A stretch of DNA of 64,000 nt from Bacteroidota bacterium (lineage in GTDB: Bacteria > Bacteroidota > Bacteroidia > AKYH767-A > OLB10): the NCBI GenBank assembly GCA_016714535.1, contig JADKDR010000001.1, forward strand, positions 466,998 to 530,997, given 5' to 3'. Position numbers and translations under genes: made by a program. The notes beneath the pieces were generated by a model. It was not told the origin of the DNA and did not search any database. It saw nothing but the letters and a program-made list of their open reading frames with translations. This document shows positions 20,810 to 31,208 of the stretch, one piece after another (within the stretch, counting starts at the first letter, position 1; every line of letters starts with the position of its first letter).

Positions 20810-21835
20810 TTATTCGTTGAACAATTTGTTTTGAAGAAAGTTCTTATCGGTTAACGTCAATAAAAATGCTGTTAAATTTTCTTTTTCAATTTGAGTAAGT
20901 GTTATACCGTTGGTTAACAAAGTATCTAACGTGTAACTTTGTTTTACATTGCCGTAGTGTGTCAAAACCTTGTCAAGAGTAAGAAAACGACCGTCATGCA
21001 TATAGGGGCCCGTAACTTCAATGTTGCGAAGCGAAGGAACTTTAAACTTGCCGCTATCGCCAAGGTCAAAAGTTATTTTAGCTCTTCCCGGGTCTTTATC
21101 AAAATAACTATCTAGCCCATTGTTGCGATAGGTTAAATCGGTCATCAATGGTTCGCTATGACAGGTACTGCATTTAGCTTTGTAAATAGTATAGCCATCT
21201 GACTCGGCAGCAGTAAGTGTTTCCTTTCCCTTTTTGTATAAATCAAATTTCGATTGTGCCGAAGTTATCATCACCATGAACGTGCTTAAAGCACGCAACA
21301 TTCTTTGGCTATTGACTTCGTCAGTGCCAAAGGCACTGCGAAACATTTCGCGATAGGTGGCATCCACTTTTAATTTAGCAACAACATTTTCGATGGTTTC
21401 GTCCATCTCAACCGGATTGGTAATGGGCCCTATAGGTTGCACTTCCAGATTATTTATTCCTCCATCCCACATAAACTCTGCATGATATGCCAGATTAAAT
21501 ATTGGAGGAGCATTGCGTGTGCCTAAAAGCCCGTTAATGCCGTGACTCACTCCGTGCTCGCTATGCGCAAAACCAGCATGTTGCTGATGACACTCGCCAC
21601 ACGAGATAGTGTTATCTTTAGATAAGCGTGTATCATAAAAAAGTTTTTTGCCCAGCAAAAATTTTTCGGTAGTAACCGGATTTTGAACAAAATCATATAC
21701 AGCTTGCGGAAATCCCTCCGGATGTTCGTATACAATTGGTACTTTTATTTCATCTGATTCCAAATCCGGGTCAACCTTACAACCTGCAAGGCAAAGCATT
21801 GAAATAAAAATATAAACTATTGTTTTACTGCGCAT
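20810..21835 (-). CDS. Di-heme cytochrome c peroxidase (CCP/MauG/MbnH family) lipoprotein.
   Basis: 341 aa with two CxxCH heme motifs (CGECH, CSTCH) and a lipoprotein signal (MLCLAGC). Confidence 0.8.
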   Translation of the reverse strand: MRSKTIVYIFISMLCLAGCKVDPDLESDEIKVPIVYEHPEGFPQAVYDFVQNPVTTEKFLLGKKLFYDTRLSKDNTISCGECHQQHAGFAHSEHGVSHGINGLLGTRNAPPIFNLAYHAEFMWDGGINNLEVQPIGPITNPVEMDETIENVVAKLKVDATYREMFRSAFGTDEVNSQRMLRALSTFMVMITSAQSKFDLYKKGKETLTAAESDGYTIYKAKCSTCHSEPLMTDLTYRNNGLDSYFDKDPGRAKITFDLGDSGKFKVPSLRNIEVTGPYMHDGRFLTLDKVLTHYGNVKQSYTLDTLLTNGITLTQIEKENLTAFLLTLTDKNFLQNKLFNE

Positions 21836-22611
21836 TGACTATATTTTGAATTGAGAACATATCTTGACTATTAGAAGAAATGTAAACCCCATCCTTGGCC
21901 GAGGTTAAAAAAGGTTGTGAAGCAAAATCAATCAGATTAGGTGTTTTAAATACTTCGTTTATTTCTGCCTGCAAGGTAACTATACTTGTTTTGCCGTTGC
22001 TAATCTTAAGTTGAGTGGCAGTTAAGGGCAAGTTAACTGTTACAATATTCATATATGGATTTTTAAAACCACCAACATGAAAGGCAATATTATTTCCATT
22101 GATACTAGCTTGAGGCGAAGTGCCTTCTAGTTTAAAAAATATATAACCTGTACTCCATGACCAAAACATATTATTGGAGGGATCCAACGCTCCTGTTTGA
22201 GCACCGGTAGTATTTCGAGCACTATCAACACCAATCAAATAAGACATTTGGGTGTAATCGCCAACCGGTATTTTATTAATCACAAGTTTTTTAGACGATT
22301 CTTTGCCATCATCAATTAAAAAATAAGTGTCAGGTAATTTTACTTTGCTGCCACTGGAAGTAGTTAATTCAAAATTCGATAAATAATACTTTAGCCTGTT
22401 GATGGTATAAATATCACCATTGGGATTTGTATAATTCACGCTGCCATCGGTAACAGCTGTTACCCCATCAACGGTGTTAAGCACGTTAATTTCAACCGAC
22501 CCTTCCTGAACGGTTACAGGGGGCTGAATATCTTTGTCATCATCATCATCCTTTTTACAAGAATTAAATGTTACTGCATAGCATGAATAAAATTGTGAGT
22601 TTAATTTTCAT
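21825..22611 (-). CDS. MbnP-like partner protein of the di-heme peroxidase. The N-terminal signal peptide appears frameshifted.
   Basis: Body ORF 21825..22484 overlaps the peroxidase start by 11 nt. The gene order and size match MbnP/MbnH pairs. An ATG at 22611 opens MKIKLTILFMLC in the +1 frame. The body frame continues ...YAVTFNSCKKDDDDDKDIQPP, a lipobox-like stretch, but has no start codon of its own. Confidence 0.5.
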
Positions 22612-22624
22612 TTTTTTAAATTTT

Positions 22625-23269
22625 TTAATGTTCGGTTTTTAATTTCCTGATATCTGTTATTAGCTTGGTAATTTCAGCGGGGTTTGTGCCATCATAATAC
22701 CCTCTTATTTCAAAATCTCTATCTATTAAAATTAAATTTTGAGTATGCACAAAATCATCCACTCCACCATCACCATCATCGGTAGCTGCAAAGTACGATT
22801 TTCTGGCCAGACTATAAATTTGTTTCTTATCACCGGTAACAAACAACCAGCGTTTGTCGGTTACACCCAGCTCATCGGCATAGGTCTTTAATGTTGCTAC
22901 CGAATCGGTCTCCGGATCAACAGTATGAGATAATATACGGACATCATCATCTTTTGCAAATGCTTTATATACTATATTGAGGTTATTACTCATCTTGGGG
23001 CAAATGGTTTGGCAGGTAGTGAAGAAAAAATCAGTTACATATATTTTTCCATCAAACGTTTCATTGGTAACTGTTTCGCCATATTGATTGGTAAGGTTAA
23101 ACTGGCTCACTTTATGATTGCGGCCATCTTCTGCCTTTGGCCCAAACACCGGAAGCGCCTTATGTCTCGTATTACGCTTCTGAATGTTATAGGCAGCAAA
23201 AATGGAACTCGAAATAATCAATACAATGATGATAATGCCATATGTCCAGGTATTCCTTTTGCCACTCAT
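22625..23269 (-). CDS. SCO1/SenC family copper chaperone (thioredoxin-like).
   Basis: 214 aa with an N-terminal TM anchor and the CQTIC (CxxxC) motif. Overall SCO1-like. Confidence 0.75.
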   Translation of the reverse strand: MSGKRNTWTYGIIIIVLIISSSIFAAYNIQKRNTRHKALPVFGPKAEDGRNHKVSQFNLTNQYGETVTNETFDGKIYVTDFFFTTCQTICPKMSNNLNIVYKAFAKDDDVRILSHTVDPETDSVATLKTYADELGVTDKRWLFVTGDKKQIYSLARKSYFAATDDGDGGVDDFVHTQNLILIDRDFEIRGYYDGTNPAEITKLITDIRKLKTEH

Positions 23270-23525
23270 GATGATGTTAGTACAAGATTTCGTTTGTAAA
23301 ACTACTACTTATTTTTCTTTTAAAGATTCAAATGATAAAATCTTAAACGTATAAAGGTTAAATAAGTTTAAAGTTGACGTTGTGTTTAATTTCATATGGT
23401 GAAATGATAATTATCATAAACGAAAATTAAAAAATATTTTTTGCAATAAAACATGATTAACAATTAGGTTGATATTAAAATATTTTCATTCCTTTATCAC
23501 AGATAAAGAAAAAACAAATGTAACT

Positions 23526-23906
23526 ATGACCACACTTAATAAAATAAAATTGGAATTTCCGATTAAAGCATCACCTAAAATCATATACTCCTACCTTAGC
23601 ACACCCGCAGGCCTAAACGATTGGTTTGCAGAAAAAGTAACTACGCGGGATAATATTTATACTTTTCATTGGGGCGAAGAAGAAACGCGAGCAAAGATTT
23701 CGCATAAGCGCGAAAATCAAATGGTGCGTTTTAATTGGCTCGATGATGAAGACCATCCATATTTTGAAATTGAAATTATTACCGATGAAATAACCGGAGA
23801 AGTTGCATTGCTTGTTACGGACTTTTCGGCACCTGAAGATGTTGATGAAATGCGCATGCTTTGGGAGCAGCAGATTCACGATTTAAAAAGCATTATTGGT
23901 GCTTAA
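23526..23906 (+). CDS. SRPBCC (START/Aha1-like) domain protein.
   Basis: About 126 aa from MTTLNKIKLEFPIKASPKIIYSYLSTPAGLNDWFAEKV. This is the typical N-terminus of the AHSA1/SRPBCC family. Confidence 0.6.
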   Translation: MTTLNKIKLEFPIKASPKIIYSYLSTPAGLNDWFAEKVTTRDNIYTFHWGEEETRAKISHKRENQMVRFNWLDDEDHPYFEIEIITDEITGEVALLVTDFSAPEDVDEMRMLWEQQIHDLKSIIGA

Positions 23907-24480
23907 TGTTTTGTAAAAACATTTCGTAAAAATTAAGCGTTTCTATTTTTAACGTTTCTACCTTATCAAACTCAATCACCTTTGTAAGTTTTAGAAAATC
24001 GTTTAACGGAGTGAAATTGGAATCTTCCGAAATTTCCCGATAGCCCGATGTAATATAGTGTTGCCACAATTGGTCATCATGCAACTGATACACATTCATT
24101 TGGCTAAAACTTTTTATTACTTCAGGTAAGTAAGGTTGATAGTGCAAGAAATATTTCCCTGAAATTGCTATGTTTAATGTAAAATACTTGCCCCATAAAA
24201 AAATCAAACGAAAGGCAAATATGCCATCGTTACTAAAAACATTTGGATTGTCGAGTACCATATATGGCAGGTTGTTATAATTCTCGCCACGCGAAATCTT
24301 TCCTTGCTTACGATTCACTTCGGCAGGCAGGTTTTGATTATACTTTTCTTTAAGCTTATTTATATGGTTGTTAATTTGCAGAAAGCGTTCGTGCAACGAA
24401 GCGAATATTTTATTCTTTTGCACAAAGAAATAATCACCCGAAATTAAACTTAGTTCTTCCTCACTAAATGGTTGTACCAT
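23893..24480 (-). CDS. Hypothetical protein.
   Basis: 195 aa ORF with no recognisable motifs. Confidence 0.4.
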   Translation of the reverse strand: MVQPFSEEELSLISGDYFFVQKNKIFASLHERFLQINNHINKLKEKYNQNLPAEVNRKQGKISRGENYNNLPYMVLDNPNVFSNDGIFAFRLIFLWGKYFTLNIAISGKYFLHYQPYLPEVIKSFSQMNVYQLHDDQLWQHYITSGYREISEDSNFTPLNDFLKLTKVIEFDKVETLKIETLNFYEMFLQNIKHQ

Positions 24481-24604
24481 GAGGACAAAAGTATAGAAAT
24501 AGAATACGTGGAGGATAAAAAATCGAATAAGCCTTCCGGCAAATACGGTTGGTCGCCAATTAAGAAACTACACTTGCTGGTATTACGAGCATGGTTAGGC
24601 CTTT

Positions 24605-26002
24605 TTGCTTACCTTTAGCATTAGCGTATTTATACTATTGATGCAATTTTTGTGGAAGTATGTGGATGATATGGTAGGTAAAGGCCTTGAAATATCAATC
24701 CTGATGGAGTTGCTTATGTACTCAGCAGTACAAATGGTGCCGCTGGCTTTGCCGCTGGCTATATTAATTAGCAGCATTATGACCTTTGGTTCGCTAGGCG
24801 AGCATTATGAAATTGTTGCAGCCAAAGCTTCAGGTGTTTCGCTTTTGCAATTACTGCAACCTATGTTTGTTACCAGTGCACTTATTTGCCTGTTTGCTTT
24901 TTACTTTAGCAATTATATTTTACCAATTGCCAATTTGCAACAAGGCGCATTGCTATATGATGTTACACACAAAAAACCGGCACTTAACATACAGGAAAAT
25001 GTTTTTTACAAGGGAATAGAAAACTATAGCATTCGTGTAAAGAGCAAAGCCAAAGACGGACAAACACTTTATGGCATCATCATATACGATCATAGTGACA
25101 ACATGGGCAACACCAAAGTAATGATGGCCGACTCGGGCTCTATGCAAATGTCGACCGATGGCAATATACTCATGGTAACTTTGCGCAATGGCAGCAGCTA
25201 CGAGGAGTTGCACCAAGGCCGCAAAGGACGATACACACGACCGATGGTACGTACCCAATTTGCATACGAACAAGTGCGCTTTGACTTGAGTGAATTTGCT
25301 TTGAAGCGAAGCGACAAAGAGCTTTTTAAAGAAAACAAAGGCATGCTTAATATTTGGCAATTGCAAAACATTATGGATAGCATGAAGGTAGAAATTGAAG
25401 AACGCCATGAGGCATACCTTCGCTCAGCAGGAATCTATTATACCATTATAAGCGACTCTCAAAATTTTTATAAAGCTTACCCTGCAGCCAAAGCAGTCAA
25501 TCCGGAGTTGATTGTTGGGCCTGCACGTATGGCACAATGCAAAGCACAAGCATTAACACAAACCAATATTATTAAAGATATTTTTAATGTGCTCAAGATT
25601 GAATACGGAATGAAAAAAGAAAACATTGCACGTTATAAAATTGAGTGGCATCGCAAATTCACATTATCAATAGCGTGTATAATTTTATTCCTGATTGGAG
25701 CTCCGTTGGGTGCCATCATACGTAAAGGGGGGTTGGGCGTGCCCATTATTATTGCCATATTATTCTTTCTCATTTTTCATGTACTAAGTATAAGTGGCGA
25801 AAAGATGGCTCGCGAAATGCAATCTACCGCATTGTTTGGCATGTGGCTAAGCACCCTCGTACTTGCACCTGTGGGCTTATTCCTAATATACCTTGCCAGT
25901 AAAGATTCGGTTATCATAAATAGCGAAGTCTATAAGAAGGCCTGGAATTGGATGGTATCTCTTTTTGCGAAGCGAAATAAAACTGCTAACCCTACAACAT
26001 GA
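24605..26002 (+). CDS. LptF/LptG family permease (YjgP/YjgQ).
   Basis: 465 aa. Multi-TM N-terminus, periplasmic beta-jellyroll region and C-terminal TMs typical of LptF/G. The N-terminus may be truncated: expected first ~18 aa are missing and there is a TAG just upstream. Confidence 0.7.
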   Translation: MLTFSISVFILLMQFLWKYVDDMVGKGLEISILMELLMYSAVQMVPLALPLAILISSIMTFGSLGEHYEIVAAKASGVSLLQLLQPMFVTSALICLFAFYFSNYILPIANLQQGALLYDVTHKKPALNIQENVFYKGIENYSIRVKSKAKDGQTLYGIIIYDHSDNMGNTKVMMADSGSMQMSTDGNILMVTLRNGSSYEELHQGRKGRYTRPMVRTQFAYEQVRFDLSEFALKRSDKELFKENKGMLNIWQLQNIMDSMKVEIEERHEAYLRSAGIYYTIISDSQNFYKAYPAAKAVNPELIVGPARMAQCKAQALTQTNIIKDIFNVLKIEYGMKKENIARYKIEWHRKFTLSIACIILFLIGAPLGAIIRKGGLGVPIIIAILFFLIFHVLSISGEKMAREMQSTALFGMWLSTLVLAPVGLFLIYLASKDSVIINSEVYKKAWNWMVSLFAKRNKTANPTT

Positions 26003-27204
26003 AAGTACTTCAATTATGCCTTCGTATTCCTTTTCAACAAACTGATGGAGGTAATATTGCCATGTACAATATTGCCGATAGTCTGGTGGATGCAGGTTGC
26101 ACGGTGAAGATGCTTGCCTTTAATACGAAGAAACACTTTCTAAAAGAAAATGAAATTGACGCTGATAAGAAAAAACGCTTTCAGTTGCAGTGGGTTTATC
26201 TAAATGCTGATGTGACTGCAATGGGTGTGGTCAAAAATTTTTTCACTAACGAGTCTTATCACATTAGCCGCTTTCATACAGCAGAGATGGAAACTGTATT
26301 GCGCGAGCTCCTGATAAACGAAACTTTTGACATTATTCAATTTGAAAGTTTATTTATGGCACCTTACCTTGCTGTAGCGCGCAAATACAGCAGCGCCAAG
26401 TGTGTGTTGCATGCTCACAATGTAGAAACCATTATATGGCAGCGGTTAGCAGCTGGCGAAAAAAATTTTTTAAAAAGAAAATACCTCGGTTACCTCACTG
26501 CCAAGCTTGACCAATATGAAAAAAAAATGTTGCAACAGTTTGATGCTATTGCAGCACTTACACCGGAAGATAAAAAATTGATGCAGCTAATGGGAAGCAC
26601 TTTACCCATTCAAAGTTTCCCTATTGGAATTGATACAGGCCGTTATAAACAAGAATTAACATTCAACACTAAAATAAAATTGTTTCACTTAGGCTCCATG
26701 AACTGGCTACCTAACGTTGAAGCCATTCAGTGGTTTGCCGATAGCATACTTCAACCCTTAGTTCAGACACTGCCTAACATCGAAGTGCATCTTGCAGGCA
26801 GGCATATGCCTGTGGCATTTTTCAATTTACATGATAACACTTCATGCTTCGTATATGGTGGCATTGACAACCCACTAGAATTTGTACATGACAAGCAAAT
26901 AATGATTGTACCCTTGTTGAGTGGTGGAGGAATGCGGGTAAAAATTATTGAAGGCATGGCTGCGGGAAAAATTATTGTAAGCACTACCGTAGGTGCCGAA
27001 GGTACCGGCACGGTAGATGGCAAAGACATTCTAATTGCTGACACGCCATCAGCATTTATAGAAAAAATAAAGCTGGCTGTTACTGACAAAAATTTAATGT
27101 TGCGAATTTCGGAGAATGCTATTTTTACAGCCCGCGAAAAATTCGATAATAAGGTTATCGCTAAAAATATATGTGAGTTTTATTCATCATTAATAACTAA
27201 ATAG
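25999..27204 (+). CDS. Glycosyltransferase family 4 (GT-B fold).
   Basis: 401 aa. Start overlaps the lptF/G stop (ATGA). C-terminal GT1/GT4 motif region (EGMAAGKIIVSTTVGAEG). Confidence 0.75.
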   Translation: MKVLQLCLRIPFQQTDGGNIAMYNIADSLVDAGCTVKMLAFNTKKHFLKENEIDADKKKRFQLQWVYLNADVTAMGVVKNFFTNESYHISRFHTAEMETVLRELLINETFDIIQFESLFMAPYLAVARKYSSAKCVLHAHNVETIIWQRLAAGEKNFLKRKYLGYLTAKLDQYEKKMLQQFDAIAALTPEDKKLMQLMGSTLPIQSFPIGIDTGRYKQELTFNTKIKLFHLGSMNWLPNVEAIQWFADSILQPLVQTLPNIEVHLAGRHMPVAFFNLHDNTSCFVYGGIDNPLEFVHDKQIMIVPLLSGGGMRVKIIEGMAAGKIIVSTTVGAEGTGTVDGKDILIADTPSAFIEKIKLAVTDKNLMLRISENAIFTAREKFDNKVIAKNICEFYSSLITK

Positions 27205-27207
27205 AAA

Positions 27208-28065
27208 ATGCTAACTACAAAAAGAATTATTCTTCTCCTGGTAATGAGCCTTACAAGCTTTCAACTATTGCATGGTCAAAGCTGTTGTGTCAAACCTAAA
27301 TCAAACACAGGTATGGCAGTGTTTGCCAGTAACATCGCATTTCAGAATGCACATGCAGAACCCATTCCTTACGATGGCGAAAAACACAAAGGCACCATGA
27401 AAGGAATTGTGATAGACCCAGCAGGTACAGAAATGAACTGCTACCTGGTTGAAAGCAGCGGCAGCAATAAGTACCTTATTGTAGTGCATGAGTGGTGGGG
27501 ACTAAACGATTATGTAAAACAAGCATGTGATAAGTATGCCGGGGCATTGCCGGGAGTTAACATTCTTGCAGTAGATTTATATAAAGGCGCGGTTACAGAT
27601 AATCGCGAAGCTGCCAGCGAGTTGATGCAAAAAGTTTCGAACGAAGAAGCCTATGTTTCGTTGCAGGCCGTAATATATTCATTGGGCGAAAAAGCTGAAA
27701 TAGCAACCACCGGCTGGTGCTTCGGTGGTGGATGGTCATTGCAGGCAAGTATGATTGCAGGTAATAATGCCAAGGCATGCGTAATGTATTACGGTATGCC
27801 CGAAGAGGATAATACGAAATTAAAAAATCTTAGCGCTCCTGTTCTTGGCATTTTTGCAAAGAAAGACATGTGGATACTTCCCGAAATGTATAAAGCCTTC
27901 GAATACAAACTTACCAAAGAGATGAACAAATCCATGGAGTTAATTGAATTTGATGCTGAACATGCATTTGCAAATCCAAGCAATCCCAACTATGATAAAG
28001 AAGCCGCAGCTGCTGCGTATAAAAGAGAAATTGCCTTTCTAAAAGAAAAACTTCAAGTGAAATAA
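27208..28065 (+). CDS. Dienelactone hydrolase family protein with signal peptide.
   Basis: 285 aa. VVHEWWGLNDYV and GWCFGGGWS nucleophile-elbow-like motifs, typical of the dienelactone hydrolase fold. Confidence 0.6.
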   Translation: MLTTKRIILLLVMSLTSFQLLHGQSCCVKPKSNTGMAVFASNIAFQNAHAEPIPYDGEKHKGTMKGIVIDPAGTEMNCYLVESSGSNKYLIVVHEWWGLNDYVKQACDKYAGALPGVNILAVDLYKGAVTDNREAASELMQKVSNEEAYVSLQAVIYSLGEKAEIATTGWCFGGGWSLQASMIAGNNAKACVMYYGMPEEDNTKLKNLSAPVLGIFAKKDMWILPEMYKAFEYKLTKEMNKSMELIEFDAEHAFANPSNPNYDKEAAAAAYKREIAFLKEKLQVK

Positions 28066-28320
28066 TTCCCTTTTTTTGATTAACAAAAACTTTGCTGCTT
28101 CTATAAACCTGTGGTGCTTTGCACCGCAGGTAATCGAGATTTTATTGCACGATTTACACCATCAAAAACAGGTTGTACAAGGCGCTAAAAAAATTTCAGC
28201 ACAATTTTTGATTAAAGGTTGAATCTGCATGTTTACACGTTGCTCCTTATTGCCAGTGTTTCATCACTGTTAATGCATTCGTTTACAAAACAGCACATGA
28301 TAACTTTTTAGGGTTGGCAG

Positions 28321-28348
28321 TTGTTATTAAAATCAAAACTTATATTTG
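28321..28348 (+). promoter_or_regulatory. Bacteroidetes sigma-A-type promoter candidate for topA: -33 TTG at 28321-28323, -7 TATATTTG at 28341-28348.
   Basis: TAnnTTTG motif with TTG 17 nt upstream. Lies about 55 nt upstream of the topA ATG. Confidence 0.35.
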
Positions 28349-28401
28349 CCCGCCAAAATTTTGAGGATCGCATCACATTAATAAGTAGTAATAATATATA
28401 C

Positions 28402-30837
28402 ATGGCTGAAAATTTAGTAATAGTAGAGTCACCTGCCAAAGCAAAGACAATCGAGGGTTTTTTAGGAAAAGATTTTATCGTAAAATCTTCGTACGGTCAT
28501 GTTCGCGATCTGGCAAAAGGAGACAAGGCAGTTGATATAAAAAATCAGTTTAAGCCAACATATGAAATAAGCGAAGACAAAGAGCGAGTAATAGCAGAGT
28601 TGCGCAAGCTATGCAAAACCACTAAGCATGTATGGCTGGCAACGGATGAGGACCGCGAAGGAGAAGCCATATCGTGGCACCTGGCCGAAGTACTTGGACT
28701 TGATATTCCTACAACAAGGAGAATCGTATTTCATGAAATTACCAAAAAAGCAATAAACGAAGCCATACAGAAACCGCGCAACATCGATATGGATTTGGTA
28801 AATGCACAACAAGCACGCAGGATACTCGATCGCCTTGTTGGATTTGAACTATCGCCTGTGTTGTGGAAAAAAGTTAAGCCAAGCCTATCAGCCGGTCGGG
28901 TACAGTCGGTAGCAGTGCGTTTAATAGTAGAACGCGAGCGCGATGTTGAATCACACAATTCTACTTCAGCATTTAAAGTGGTAGGTTACTTTACAGTGCC
29001 TGATGGCAAGGGGAATTCTACGATATTAAAGTCAGAATTGTCGGATAAATTCCCAACCGAAGTTGAAGCACAAAATTTTTTAGAAAAATGCAAAGGTGCT
29101 ACTTATACAATAACGGATATAGAAACCAAACCTGGAAAGAAAACTCCTTCGGCACCATTTACTACAAGCACCTTGCAACAAGAGGCAAGCCGCAAGCTCG
29201 GCTTCTCAGTAGCGCAAACCATGCTGGTAGCCCAACGACTTTATGAGGCCGGAAAAATAACCTACATGCGTACCGATAGTGTCAACCTATCGGAGTTTGC
29301 GTTGGATGCTGCCCGCAATACCATTACACAAAGTTATGGCAGCAACTATCATTACAAACGTGTATATAAAAACAAAAGTGCCAATGCACAGGAGGCCCAC
29401 GAAGCCATACGCCCATCTTACTTTGAGAACAGCACCGTAGAAGGAGAAAATAATGAACGCAGATTATACGAGTTGATTTGGAAACGCTCCATAGCCTCGC
29501 AAATGGCCGATGCCATTTTAGAAAAAACCATTATTACCATTGCTATAAGTACTGCCACCGAAAGATATATTACTACAGGAGAAGTAATAAAGTTTGATGG
29601 TTTTTTGAAAGTATATATGGAGAGCACCGATGAAGAAACCGAAGATGATGATGTAAAGGGATTGTTGCCTCCGGTTAATAAAGGGCAAGTAATTGATTTT
29701 AAAAATGCCATAGCAACACAAAAATTTACGTATCCACCTGCACGCTTTACCGAGGCAAGCCTGGTAAAGCGACTAGAAGAGCTTGGCATTGGTCGACCCT
29801 CAACCTATGCACCAACAATAAGCACGGTACAAAAACGTGGATATGTTATAAAGGAAGACCGGCAAGGGCGCGAACGCAGTTATACCATGATGATATTGCA
29901 GCATGATAAAATTACAAGTGAAGTAAAAACAGAAATCACTGGTGCAGAACGCAGCAAATTATTCCCAACAGATATTGGTACGGTAGTTACCGATTTTCTG
30001 GTAAAGAATTTTGATGATGTGTTAGACTACAGTTTTACTGCAAGAGTAGAAGAAGAGTTTGACGAAATATCGCGTGGCGAAAAACAATGGGAACATATGC
30101 TCAATGAATTTTATGAGCCTTTTCATAAAGACGTTCTTATAACAGAAAAAGAAAGTGAACGTGCTAACGGTGAGCGTATACTTGGTACCGATCCCGTTAG
30201 TGGAAAAATAGTAAGTGCTCGTATAGGCAGGTTTGGCCCGCTTGTACAATTAAGTACCGGCCCCGATGACGAAAAACCACAGTATGCCAAACTACGTGTA
30301 GGACAAAGGCTTGAGACCATAACCATGGAAGAAGCGCTTGAACTATTTAAACTTCCACGTGTTGCAGGCATGTTCGAAGATAAGGATATGACTATAGGTA
30401 TTGGCCGCTTTGGTCCATACATCAGGCACGATAGTGCTTTTTACTCATTAGGAAAAACAGACGACCCTTATGAAGTAGATGAGCCGCGCTGCATTGAAAT
30501 AATTACGAACAAACGACAAGCTGATATTGACAAAGTAATACGCACCTATACTGAAAATCAATATGTGAGAGTATTGAAAGGTCGTTGGGGACCTTTTATA
30601 TCGTATGGAAAATTGAACCTGAAAATTCCTAAAGGCACCGAACCGGCATCGCTCACCTATGAAGACATCGTACAGATAGCTAATGGAGCACCTGAACCAA
30701 CAGCCCCTGTAGCAAAAAAGGCTGCTACACGCAGAGTTGCAAAAAAAGCCTCAGCAAACTCAGGAACTCCATCCAAAAAAGCAGCAGCAAAAAAAGCGCC
30801 TTCGAAAAAAACGTCAGCAAAAAAGAAAACAGAGTAA
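28402..30837 (+). CDS. topA: DNA topoisomerase I with a lysine/alanine-rich C-terminal tail.
   Basis: MAENLVIVESPAKAKTIEGFLGKDF Toprim N-terminus, and topoisomerase IA domains throughout. The C-terminal AKKAATRRVAKKASANSGTPSKKAAAKKAPSKKTSAKKK tail is common in Bacteroidota TopA. The track ORF starts at 28321, but the ATG at 28402 matches the family N-terminus. Confidence 0.9.
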   Translation: MAENLVIVESPAKAKTIEGFLGKDFIVKSSYGHVRDLAKGDKAVDIKNQFKPTYEISEDKERVIAELRKLCKTTKHVWLATDEDREGEAISWHLAEVLGLDIPTTRRIVFHEITKKAINEAIQKPRNIDMDLVNAQQARRILDRLVGFELSPVLWKKVKPSLSAGRVQSVAVRLIVERERDVESHNSTSAFKVVGYFTVPDGKGNSTILKSELSDKFPTEVEAQNFLEKCKGATYTITDIETKPGKKTPSAPFTTSTLQQEASRKLGFSVAQTMLVAQRLYEAGKITYMRTDSVNLSEFALDAARNTITQSYGSNYHYKRVYKNKSANAQEAHEAIRPSYFENSTVEGENNERRLYELIWKRSIASQMADAILEKTIITIAISTATERYITTGEVIKFDGFLKVYMESTDEETEDDDVKGLLPPVNKGQVIDFKNAIATQKFTYPPARFTEASLVKRLEELGIGRPSTYAPTISTVQKRGYVIKEDRQGRERSYTMMILQHDKITSEVKTEITGAERSKLFPTDIGTVVTDFLVKNFDDVLDYSFTARVEEEFDEISRGEKQWEHMLNEFYEPFHKDVLITEKESERANGERILGTDPVSGKIVSARIGRFGPLVQLSTGPDDEKPQYAKLRVGQRLETITMEEALELFKLPRVAGMFEDKDMTIGIGRFGPYIRHDSAFYSLGKTDDPYEVDEPRCIEIITNKRQADIDKVIRTYTENQYVRVLKGRWGPFISYGKLNLKIPKGTEPASLTYEDIVQIANGAPEPTAPVAKKAATRRVAKKASANSGTPSKKAAAKKAPSKKTSAKKKTE

Positions 30838-30860
30838 GTATGGTTCACTTTGCAATCTGT

Positions 30861-30890
30861 AATGCAACCTTGAGTTGCATTTATTAATTG
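30861..30890 (+). terminator. Hairpin downstream of topA (AATGCAAC-cttga-GTTGCATT, then TATTAATT).
   Basis: 8 bp perfect stem seen directly. The T tract is weak. Confidence 0.4.
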
Positions 30891-31208
30891 CTCAAAAGAT
30901 TATACACTTCCTCGTATTCATCTATTTATTTGAAGTTAGCTCGCGCTAACCTGCTGCATCAATCATAATGAATATCAGATAACTCGAAAGGAATACTGCA
31001 TGAAAATTTCTATGACTTTTTACAATAAAAAATCACATAGAAAATTTAGCGAAATAACGGAGCGTGAAATCATTAATAAGAATGCGACCGCCAACTATTA
31101 GGTGATTTAATACCACCATAATCTATCTATTAAATACAGAAAAGTGAATTTAAAATTATGATGGTCTAACAAGAATCTGATAAGTGATAAAAGGACGAAG
31201 AGCAAAAA

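Noticed and set aside
24541-24620. Possible N-terminal frameshift in the LptF/G permease gene. The first ~18 residues expected for the family are missing, and an upstream frame encodes IKKLHLLVLRAWLGLFAYL.
   Set aside because: No in-frame start codon precedes that segment (ATT only). The evidence is too weak to call. The TTG start at 24605 is kept, and the N-terminus is flagged as uncertain.
30700-30837. Lysine/alanine-rich histone H1-like tail on TopA as an unusual fusion.
   Set aside because: This C-terminal extension is a well-known feature of Bacteroidota topoisomerase I and is not novel.
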